Part shown: positions 43,461-51,134 of the stretch, piece by piece
Layout: every line of letters begins with the position of its first letter
Numbering within the stretch: position 1 is the first letter of the stretch
Assembly (NCBI GenBank): GCA_038065855.1
Contig: JBBTQD010000013.1
Coordinates: 1-57,988 of the forward strand
Length of the DNA: 57,988 nucleotides
Reading direction: 5' to 3'
Origin: Patescibacteria group bacterium
GTDB taxonomy: Bacteria; Patescibacteriota; Minisyncoccia; 2-02-FULL-40-12
Made by a program: the position numbers and the translations under genes
The notes under the pieces: generated by a model
Seen by the model: the letters and a program-made list of their open reading frames with translations, nothing else
Databases searched by the model: none
Told to the model about the DNA's origin: nothing

Positions 43461-44474
43461 ATGCCTCTATTTCCTAAGAGATTTTTCCCTCGCCTGGTCC
43501 GGTTCATTACCGGCCGTTCTGCCGAAACCACTCAAGACGTATATATTAATGGTATTGCAGTCGGTCGAGCCAAGTCCTGTTTTTTTGTCGCCGAAATAGG
43601 GATTAATCATAATGGTTCGATTGAAATAGCCAAGAAGCTTATTGATGTAGCAAAAGATGCCGGCGCCCAAGCAGTTAAATTCCAAAAGCGGACTGTACCG
43701 GTTGTATATTCGGTCGAAGAGCTGGCCAAGCTCAGAGCCGTGGATAGGGGAGTTTTGGAAAATGCAATTAAGCGCGGAGTTTTGTCAAAAGAAGCAGTCG
43801 AACGTTTGAAAAAATCAGATTTTAAAGATTCGACCAATGGCGATTTGAAATGGGCTTTGGAATTCACTGAAGCCGAATATAGGGAAATTGACCGATACTC
43901 TAAAGAAAAAGGAATTTTCTGGTTTGCCTCACCTTGGGATGAAGCCAGTGTTGATTTTCTGGAAAAATTAAATCCACCCTGTCACAAAGTTGCTTCAGCT
44001 ATGCTTACCCACACTGGAATTTTGAGAAAACTTAGAGAAGCTGGGAAACCGGTGATCGCATCAACTGGCATGAGTACAATGGAAGAAGTTAAAAATGCGG
44101 TCAATCTTTTATCCGGCATTCCTTTAGTTTTACTTCATACTGTTTCAACTTATCCGGCTAAAGAGGAAGAAGTGAATTTAAGGACGATTGCTAAATTTAG
44201 ACAGGAGTTTCCGAAAATCCCGATAGGTTATAGCGGCCACGAACAAGGAATTGCAGCAACTTTAGCAGCTGCTACTTTAGGCGCCCATGTGATTGAAAGA
44301 CATATCACTCTTGATAAAAAAATGTTCGGTACCGATCAGTCAGCTAGCTTAGAGCCTCAGGAATTTGGCCAAGTTATTAAAGAAGTCCGGGAGATTGAGA
44401 AAGCTTGGGGAGATGGCGTCAAAAGAGTCTGGCCCTCGGAGATTCCGATTAAAGAAAAACTCCGAAAAGTTTAA
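43461..44474 (+). CDS. NeuB-family PEP-condensing sugar-acid synthase, without the C-terminal SAF domain
   Basis: CFFVAEIGINHNGSIEIAKKLIDVAKDAGAQAVKFQKR...FASPWDEASVDFL...KVASAML...STGMSTMEEV...LLHTVSTYPA...NLRTI...IGYSGHEQGIA...GAHVIERHITLDK...DQSASLEP. Ends about 20 aa after the TIM barrel. ATG at 43461 chosen because the terminator lies upstream. Confidence 0.8.
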   Translation: MPLFPKRFFPRLVRFITGRSAETTQDVYINGIAVGRAKSCFFVAEIGINHNGSIEIAKKLIDVAKDAGAQAVKFQKRTVPVVYSVEELAKLRAVDRGVLENAIKRGVLSKEAVERLKKSDFKDSTNGDLKWALEFTEAEYREIDRYSKEKGIFWFASPWDEASVDFLEKLNPPCHKVASAMLTHTGILRKLREAGKPVIASTGMSTMEEVKNAVNLLSGIPLVLLHTVSTYPAKEEEVNLRTIAKFRQEFPKIPIGYSGHEQGIAATLAAATLGAHVIERHITLDKKMFGTDQSASLEPQEFGQVIKEVREIEKAWGDGVKRVWPSEIPIKEKLRKV

Positions 44475-44517
44475 TAAGCTTTAAAGTTTTTCAGTTATCC
44501 GCTAAGGCGGTTTTTTG

Positions 44518-44546
44518 TTGACAGATTTTAGTTATTCTTATACTCT
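44518..44546 (+). promoter_or_regulatory. Weak sigma70-like promoter candidate for the GT-B-like gene
   Basis: TTGACA (44518-44523), 17-nt spacer, TACTCT (44541-44546). Then AAGGAGG (44564-44570) and TTG start at 44577. Confidence 0.35.
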
Positions 44547-44576
44547 ATATGTGGTAATTTCACAAGGAGGTGATAA

Positions 44577-45686
44577 TTGGGAAAGAACTTTTTGTTTGTT
44601 TGCGGCGATATCGGTGGAGCTAGTATGATGGTCTCGGTGGTTCACTCTCTTCAATCCGCCGGCCATAATATCAAGTTTGTGGTTGATGGAGAAGGTGTCG
44701 GTTATCAAGTTTTGCTTGGAGTTCGAATCAGCTTTGAAGTTCAGTTCGAACCGACTTCTTCGGGATCATTTCACATCCCCGCTGATGAAGCAGACCTTGT
44801 TTTTATTAGCACTTGCGCCAGTACCAATAAGATTGGGAAGGCCTATGCCCGAGCTTTTCGTGGCGTCAAGCCGGTAGTTTTCGGTGCTGATGGCTTTTTC
44901 AACCACGGCTACAAGTGGCGCGAAGACGAAGCCGATTTCTGGTTTGCCATCAACGAAGCACACGCCGAGGCGATTCGTTCTCTCCGGCCGCAGCTTGATT
45001 CCGGCCGGGTGAGAGTTGTCGGTCAGCCGGCGTTTGACTCATTGATGGAATTTATTCCGAGGAAGGAACAGATCAGGAATGAACAGCGTCAAGCCTTGGG
45101 AATCGGAGAAAATAAGAAGATGTTTCTTTGGTTTTCTCAAGGTATGCCCGAGGTGATCGAAGAAGACCTGGAGATGATGGCAGAAGGTATAAAATTGTTA
45201 GAACCACTGGCGCCCTACTCTGTTTTCATCCCAAGAGTTCATCCTAAATTGGATAAGCTCAAGTCCGGTTGGGTTGAGAAGATCTACGGCGACTTCGAGC
45301 ATCTCTGTCAGCTCTACGGCATACAGTTTATCAGGGCTGACAAAATCAAAGGCGAAGAGCTATGTCTGGCTTCCGATGTCATTCTTTCAATCACCGCAAC
45401 TGATGACATCAAAAACTGGATGATGGGCGGTCCGCCGGTGATTCACCTGATGGGTCCGCGCGTCAGGCAGTGGTTTGAAAAGGATCTCTTGCTTTCGCCG
45501 CCTTTTTACTTGCCAGATGTTAAATCTGGTGAGGCGCTGGCTGTAACGTCAAGTGAAGAATGGGAAAAAGTGTTGAGGCAAGCACTCGACCCTTCTACCT
45601 GTCAGTTGCTTAGAGAGAAATGGCAGGCACCGCGAGAAAAAGCGACTAAAAAGGTTGCTCGTACTCTAGTTGAACTTGCTTTTTGA
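44577..45686 (+). CDS. Hypothetical GT-B-like protein (glycosyltransferase or NDP-sugar hydrolase/epimerase-like)
   Basis: 369 aa. N-terminal FLFVCGDIGGASMMVSVVHSLQSAGH resembles the first Rossmann beta-alpha of GT-B enzymes, and VRVVGQPAFDSL sits at the domain junction. TTG start lies 6 nt after AAGGAGG. Sampled GC is about 60%. Confidence 0.4.
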   Translation: MGKNFLFVCGDIGGASMMVSVVHSLQSAGHNIKFVVDGEGVGYQVLLGVRISFEVQFEPTSSGSFHIPADEADLVFISTCASTNKIGKAYARAFRGVKPVVFGADGFFNHGYKWREDEADFWFAINEAHAEAIRSLRPQLDSGRVRVVGQPAFDSLMEFIPRKEQIRNEQRQALGIGENKKMFLWFSQGMPEVIEEDLEMMAEGIKLLEPLAPYSVFIPRVHPKLDKLKSGWVEKIYGDFEHLCQLYGIQFIRADKIKGEELCLASDVILSITATDDIKNWMMGGPPVIHLMGPRVRQWFEKDLLLSPPFYLPDVKSGEALAVTSSEEWEKVLRQALDPSTCQLLREKWQAPREKATKKVARTLVELAF

Positions 45687-45697
45687 AATTGTCTCAT

Positions 45698-45729
45698 AAA
45701 GGCCGCTTCGGCGGCCTTTCGTCTTTTTA
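45698..45729 (+). terminator. Rho-independent terminator
   Basis: aaaggccgc-ttcg-gcggccttt (GNRA-like/UUCG loop) followed by cgtcttttt. Confidence 0.7.
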
Positions 45730-45752
45730 TAAAAGTTGATATTATTGGGCAG

Positions 45753-46700
45753 ATGGAAATAATGCATTGGTTCATATATAAGGATCTTAAAAAATCAGCC
45801 GAAGAGCATTATCGGACTCGATTTGCCGTAAGTTTGAAAGACAAAGACCCTCCTACGATTATTAGACATATTACTTTTGATGGAGTAGCCCCGGAAGTCA
45901 CAATAAGGGATATAGATAATCTTTTTAATTTTGTTGAAAAAAGAATTTTAAAAAGAAAAATAAAAGGGACAGGCCTTGAAGTCGGGGCCGGGCCAGCTAC
46001 TTTCAGCTCGGTTTTGGCTAAAAAAGATTCGGTTGAAAAAATGTACGCGGTCGAGGTCTGCCGGCCGATTGTTGAGTTATTAATTCCAAAAGTGGCCGAG
46101 TATGTTTTAGGCGGTAAGTCAGATAAAGTGGCTGGAGTCGTGGGTAGTTTTGACAATATGGAACTGCCGGACGGATCAGTTGATTTTGTTTTTGATTTTT
46201 TTTCCTTGCATCATTCGGATAATCTTGAAACAACCCTTAAAGAATGCCGCCGGGTTTTGAAAAAAGACGGCTTTATTTTTTGTTTTGATAAAGCCCGGCC
46301 AGATTATTTTATCAGAGAAGATTTGGATGAGCTGCTTGACGCTGAATACGACGAAAATTTCAAAAAAAAGATGGGGATGCCGTTGAATCAAAAATTCACC
46401 CGGAGAATGAACGATGAAAAAGAGTATCGGTTGAAAGATTGGTTTTCAGCGTTTCAAAATAGCGGTTTCGCCCAAAAAGATTATTTTTATTTGGCCAAGA
46501 CAGAAAGCCGGAATCCGGTTTTCGGGAAAGTAAAAAGTTTTTTATCGGCTTTGCCGGCTCCGGTTCAATTATTTTTAAACAGATTTTTACCTTCGCCGAA
46601 ATTCAATCACAAATTCATTTTAGCTTCTCAAAATAGGATTTTCGCCAAAGAAATAAACTCTTTTCCAAAAGAAATTTCTTTTTTAACGGCTTGCAAGTAA
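45753..46700 (+). CDS. Class I SAM-dependent methyltransferase
   Basis: GLEVGAGPATFSSVLA (motif I); VDFVFDFFSLHH; LKKDGFIFCFD. Confidence 0.7.
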   Translation: MEIMHWFIYKDLKKSAEEHYRTRFAVSLKDKDPPTIIRHITFDGVAPEVTIRDIDNLFNFVEKRILKRKIKGTGLEVGAGPATFSSVLAKKDSVEKMYAVEVCRPIVELLIPKVAEYVLGGKSDKVAGVVGSFDNMELPDGSVDFVFDFFSLHHSDNLETTLKECRRVLKKDGFIFCFDKARPDYFIREDLDELLDAEYDENFKKKMGMPLNQKFTRRMNDEKEYRLKDWFSAFQNSGFAQKDYFYLAKTESRNPVFGKVKSFLSALPAPVQLFLNRFLPSPKFNHKFILASQNRIFAKEINSFPKEISFLTACK

Positions 46701-46704
46701 ATTT

Positions 46705-47406
46705 ATGTCAAAATTGAAGGAATGGTTAAAACTTATTTTCAGCTATCCTAAATTGGGTGTTCACGATTTTTCTTACGACGTTTATTGGCAGGCCCGGGGG
46801 CTTAATTCAAAAACAAGTTTGAATTCTTTTCAGAAAAAAAGAGCCAACTTAACTCTTCAGTATTTGGAAAAAAATAGTCTAGTATTAGATGTTGGCTGTG
46901 GGAACGGAGCCTTACTTTCTTATATTAATAATATTAAACCGATGAAAAAGCTCATCGGAATTGACGTTTCTGAAAAAGCTTTGGCTTTTGCAAAAGATAA
47001 TAATATAGAGACGATAAACGGCGATATTTCCAAATTTGATACGCTTAAAAATTTACCCTCGGCTGATTATATTTTGATGTTTGAAGTTATTGAACATTTT
47101 CCTAATTCAGAAGATTTAATCAGATGGGCTGTTATAAATGCTAAAAAGGGGGTATTTTTTTCAGTCCCAAACACTGGTTTTTTTGTTCATCGGCTTCGTC
47201 TTTTGTTTGGAAAATTCCCTCTTCAGTGGAGAGTTAATCCATCCGAGCATTTAAGATTTTGGACAGTCAAAGATATAAGATGGTGGCTTCGCGAACTAGG
47301 TCTTAATAGTTATAATTTGAAATTATATGAAGGGATACCATTACTGAATAAAATTTGGCCTTCTTTATTCGGCCAAGGTATCTGGGTTTTTATTCCTACT
47401 GTATGA
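46705..47406 (+). CDS. Class I SAM-dependent methyltransferase (MetW-like architecture)
   Basis: VLDVGCGNGALLSYI; ADYILMFEVIEH; SVPNTGFFVHRLRLLFGKFP. Confidence 0.7.
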   Translation: MSKLKEWLKLIFSYPKLGVHDFSYDVYWQARGLNSKTSLNSFQKKRANLTLQYLEKNSLVLDVGCGNGALLSYINNIKPMKKLIGIDVSEKALAFAKDNNIETINGDISKFDTLKNLPSADYILMFEVIEHFPNSEDLIRWAVINAKKGVFFSVPNTGFFVHRLRLLFGKFPLQWRVNPSEHLRFWTVKDIRWWLRELGLNSYNLKLYEGIPLLNKIWPSLFGQGIWVFIPTV

Positions 47407-47425
47407 ATATGGAAAATATGAATAT

Positions 47426-47459
47426 AAAAAAAAGAGATGGGACTTGATTAGAGTCCCAT
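47426..47459 (-). terminator. Terminator candidate for the minus-strand sugar transferase gene
   Basis: atgggact-tgattag-agtcccat hairpin (47437-47459). On the minus strand it is followed by ctc and eight T residues. Confidence 0.55.
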
Positions 47460-47500
47460 ATCAGTTGGAAATCGTTTATTCCTAATGTTGATAACTTATT

Positions 47501-48862
47501 TCACCAACCAGTTGCCGATAAAACTGTTTTTATAGTTTTTAAAATTACTGCCATGTCAATCGTAAACGATCTGTTTTTTATGTAATATAAATCATACTGA
47601 AGTTTTTCTCTAGTGTCGTTATGATTTAGATCTTTCCCGTAATTTACCTGGGCCCAGCCGGTCAGTCCTGGTCTTATTAAAAGCCGCTCTTCGTAAAAAT
47701 TGATTTCTTTTTTCAGTTTTTCCACGAACTCCGGCCGTTCGGCTCTTGGCCCGACAATGGACATTTCTCCCTTGAGTATATTTATTACCTGAGGCAGTTC
47801 ATCGAGCCTGGTCTTTCTTAAGAATTTTCCAAATTTTGTGACCCTGGCGTCTTCTTTTGTTGCCCAAACCGCTCCGTTTTTTTCGGCTCCTTCTATCATC
47901 GTTCTGAATTTTATCACTTCGAAAATCCGGCCGCCTTTGCCGGTCCTTTTTTGCCTATAAAATAAGGGGCCAGGCGATGTAATCTTTATTGCCGGAGCAA
48001 CAAACGGAAAAATGACGATTAAAGGGGCCAAGCCGATTAAAGATAAAACTAGGTCAATCAGCCGCTTTACGAATTCATAAAATCTCTTTTCCGTCCGGGA
48101 AACTTTTTCCAAAAACCAGAGCTGGCTTATTGCTTCCAGAGGAACTTTTTTAAGAATTCTTTCATAAGCCGTGGCCAGGTTCACGAACTGAATTCCTTTT
48201 TTGCTGGCTTTGTAGAAAAAATCTATAATATTGGGAAGGCGGTAAGCCTCCGGACTCAAAATTATGGTGTTGATATGCTCGTCGTTCAAAATTCTTTCCA
48301 TGTCTCTTGTCCCCCGGAGCTGCCTGAAATCAATGTCCCGAAAAGAAAAAGCGGCTTGTTCGGAAATATCAAAAGCGTATCTTAGGTTATAGCCATATTG
48401 AGGGTTGCGGTTTAAAAATTTGGCGAATTCAAATGAAATTTGATCAAAACCCACGATGATGGTATTATTTTTAAAGGTTTTCTCCAAAAGCCGGTTATAA
48501 AGATAGCGCCATAAAGAGATAAGGCCGGTAAAGACAAAAAGGTATATTAAAAGATTTCTTCTCGGAGCGATTTGGACTATTTCAAGAGTGATCAGATAGA
48601 AAAAAATTACGGATAAGGTTATAGAAATAGCGATTGATTTGAACAGGGAAGAATAGAAATCAGGCAGATTTTTTGATAAATTAAGTTCATAAAGCCCGGC
48701 AATGTAAAAAATAATAATCCAGAAGATGAAAAGCAAAGAGAAGGGAGCGAGGTGGATTGAAATTTGGGAGTTGAAGTCAGTTCCGTATCGGAAAAATAAG
48801 GTTAAATAAAGAGAAAGGTAAAGGATTAGAACGTCACCCAAGAAAAGGAAGAATCGTTTCAT
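47501..48862 (-). CDS. Polyprenyl-phosphate hexose-1-phosphate transferase (WbaP/bacterial sugar transferase family), initiating enzyme
   Basis: Four or five N-terminal TM helices and a central Rossmann-like domain. C-terminal catalytic domain KRLIDLVLS...PLFYRQKRTGKGGRIFEVIKFRTM...LDELPQVINILKGEMSIVGPR...RPGLTGWAQVN. Confidence 0.85.
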   Translation of the reverse strand: MKRFFLFLGDVLILYLSLYLTLFFRYGTDFNSQISIHLAPFSLLFIFWIIIFYIAGLYELNLSKNLPDFYSSLFKSIAISITLSVIFFYLITLEIVQIAPRRNLLIYLFVFTGLISLWRYLYNRLLEKTFKNNTIIVGFDQISFEFAKFLNRNPQYGYNLRYAFDISEQAAFSFRDIDFRQLRGTRDMERILNDEHINTIILSPEAYRLPNIIDFFYKASKKGIQFVNLATAYERILKKVPLEAISQLWFLEKVSRTEKRFYEFVKRLIDLVLSLIGLAPLIVIFPFVAPAIKITSPGPLFYRQKRTGKGGRIFEVIKFRTMIEGAEKNGAVWATKEDARVTKFGKFLRKTRLDELPQVINILKGEMSIVGPRAERPEFVEKLKKEINFYEERLLIRPGLTGWAQVNYGKDLNHNDTREKLQYDLYYIKNRSFTIDMAVILKTIKTVLSATGW

Positions 48863-48893
48863 TCTATTAATTAAATATCACCTAACTTTATAT

Positions 48894-51134
48894 ATGTCAA
48901 CCAACCAAAAAAGCAAATTCAATCTGGCAAATATCATAAAATACGGGATTTATCTCTCGGCTTTCATCCCGCTGGTTATTTTTAGCCAGTTTATTTCTCC
49001 TTTCCATTTCGGGAAAGTAATTGTTTTTCGTTCTCTAATTGAGATATTGGTGGTTTTTTATGTCATTTTATTAGTTAAACACGGCCGGCAATTTCTGCCT
49101 CCGCGAACGCCGCTATTTTGGGCAATAACAATTTTTACCGCCGCATTTGGCCTTACGACTTTTACGAGCGTTAATATTTACCAAAGTTTTTTTGGAACGC
49201 TTGAAAGAATGGGTGGTTGGTTCAGTCTCGTTCATTTTTGGGGCTTCTTCGTTATTGCCACAGGCGTTTTGAGAAAAAAGGAGGAGTGGCTGACTTTTAT
49301 TAAATTGTCATTGTTTGTCAGTTTGCTTTCAGCATTTTACGGGTTTCTTCAGAAAACAGATATTCCTTGGATTATTGGTTCCGGCGGCAGAGCAAAGATT
49401 TTTGGAACAATCGGTAATCCGGCTCTTTTTGCCGGCTACATAATAATTAATGCTTTTTTGGCTTTAATGCTTTATTTTAAGCCTGGGAATTCTAAGAATG
49501 AGAAAAGATTTTATGCCGCCGCGTTTTTGATTGATGCCTTTGCCGTTTTACTCACCGGAGTGAGAGGTTCTGTTTTGGGAGTTGCAGTCGGCATAGTTTT
49601 GTTCGGTTTTCTTTATTCAATTGATTTTGGTTCTCTAAAAATTAAAAAATACACCACTTATTTTTTAATTTTGGTAGTTGTCGCTGTCGGAGTTTTGTAT
49701 TCTCTTCGTAATACGGATTTTGTGAAAAACAATCAGTATCTTTCCCGTTATGCTGATATTTCTCCGAAAGCCAGAACGGTTCAAACCAGAATGTGGGCTT
49801 GGCAAGCCGGATTCGACGGCTGGAATGATTCTTTTAAATATATGGTTTTAGGTTGGGGGCCGGAAATGTTTAACGTTCCGTTTTCAAAACACTTTAATCC
49901 GAATTTTATCAGTTTAGGTTCAGAAACTTTATTTGACCGGGCCCATAACCAGTTTTTGGAAGTTCTGTTCACTATGGGTTTAATCGGTTTTACCGCCTAT
50001 GTTTTAATTTATATTTACGCATTCAAAGGTTTAAATAAATTAAATTCTAATCCGGAAAACAAGGTCTTTAAGATAGGCCTTATATCCGCGCTTGTTGCCT
50101 ATATGATTCATAATTTTTTTATTTTTGATACCTCGGCAAATTATATAATGTTTTTTATTGTGTTGGGATTTATTAATTTACTGACCGTTGCCAATAATCA
50201 GATATCAGCAGTCAGTTCAATAGCAGTAAAATCTAAAAATATTCTGGCGAATTTTGTAGGCACAATTTTAATGATTGCCATAATTTTTTCTATTTATTTT
50301 TTTGAAATCATACCGGCCAAAGCCAACTATACAACTACTCGGGCAATAGTTGCTTCCTGGAATGGTAATCATGATTTGGCTTTTGAGAAGTTCAAAGAAG
50401 CAATGAGCTACGATACTTTTGGGAAGTATGATATTCGCCATCGTTATGGCCAGTATATCTTGGAGCAGGGGACAAGACAGGGGCAGGTTGATCAAAAAAC
50501 AAAAGAAAGGCTTCTTGTAGCCATAGAAAATATTAAAAAGAACGCTGAAGAATCTCCTGAAGATTATTTGCCTTACCTCTATATCAGCCGTTCTTATATC
50601 TTGCTTGGCAAAGAAGGACCTAATTCTCCTTATAACGATTTGGCTTTGGAAAATAGTCTTAAGGCTCTTGAGATTTCACCAACTTTTGTCAGGACTTACT
50701 ACGAAGTTGCCCAGGCTTATCTGAATAAAAAAGATTTACCCAAGGCCATAGAATGGTTTGAAAGGGTAGTTGAATTAAATCCTCAAGTTCCTCTTTCTCA
50801 TTGGTATTTAGGAATAACTTATGCTCAAGCCGGCCAGCTTCAGCGTGGCGCCCGGATTATAGAAAATTCCGGATACAATTATAAGTCTAGCGAAGTTGAC
50901 GCATTAAGGATGAGTGAGATTTATTTTAGGATGAAGAATTTTCATAAAATCGCCGAAGTTTATGAGGCTTTGATAAAACTTAATCCTAAAGATCCCCAGT
51001 ATCACGCCTCTTTGGCCGTGGCTTATCGGGAAATAGGGGAGAGAGATAAAGCCATTAAAGAAGCTCAAACTGCCGCTCAGCTTGACCCGGCTTTCGTCAA
51101 AGAAGCTCAGGATTTCATAAATAGTTTGAAATGA
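48894..51134 (+). CDS. O-antigen ligase/polymerase-like (Wzy_C) membrane protein fused to C-terminal TPR repeats
   Basis: LLTGVRGSVLGVAVGIVLF and FDRAHNQFLEVLFTMGLIGF (typical Wzy_C loop/helix motifs). The C-terminal ~280 aa has TPR repeats (YYEVAQAYLNKKDLPKAIEWFERVVELNPQ...). Confidence 0.75.
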   Translation: MSTNQKSKFNLANIIKYGIYLSAFIPLVIFSQFISPFHFGKVIVFRSLIEILVVFYVILLVKHGRQFLPPRTPLFWAITIFTAAFGLTTFTSVNIYQSFFGTLERMGGWFSLVHFWGFFVIATGVLRKKEEWLTFIKLSLFVSLLSAFYGFLQKTDIPWIIGSGGRAKIFGTIGNPALFAGYIIINAFLALMLYFKPGNSKNEKRFYAAAFLIDAFAVLLTGVRGSVLGVAVGIVLFGFLYSIDFGSLKIKKYTTYFLILVVVAVGVLYSLRNTDFVKNNQYLSRYADISPKARTVQTRMWAWQAGFDGWNDSFKYMVLGWGPEMFNVPFSKHFNPNFISLGSETLFDRAHNQFLEVLFTMGLIGFTAYVLIYIYAFKGLNKLNSNPENKVFKIGLISALVAYMIHNFFIFDTSANYIMFFIVLGFINLLTVANNQISAVSSIAVKSKNILANFVGTILMIAIIFSIYFFEIIPAKANYTTTRAIVASWNGNHDLAFEKFKEAMSYDTFGKYDIRHRYGQYILEQGTRQGQVDQKTKERLLVAIENIKKNAEESPEDYLPYLYISRSYILLGKEGPNSPYNDLALENSLKALEISPTFVRTYYEVAQAYLNKKDLPKAIEWFERVVELNPQVPLSHWYLGITYAQAGQLQRGARIIENSGYNYKSSEVDALRMSEIYFRMKNFHKIAEVYEALIKLNPKDPQYHASLAVAYREIGERDKAIKEAQTAAQLDPAFVKEAQDFINSLK

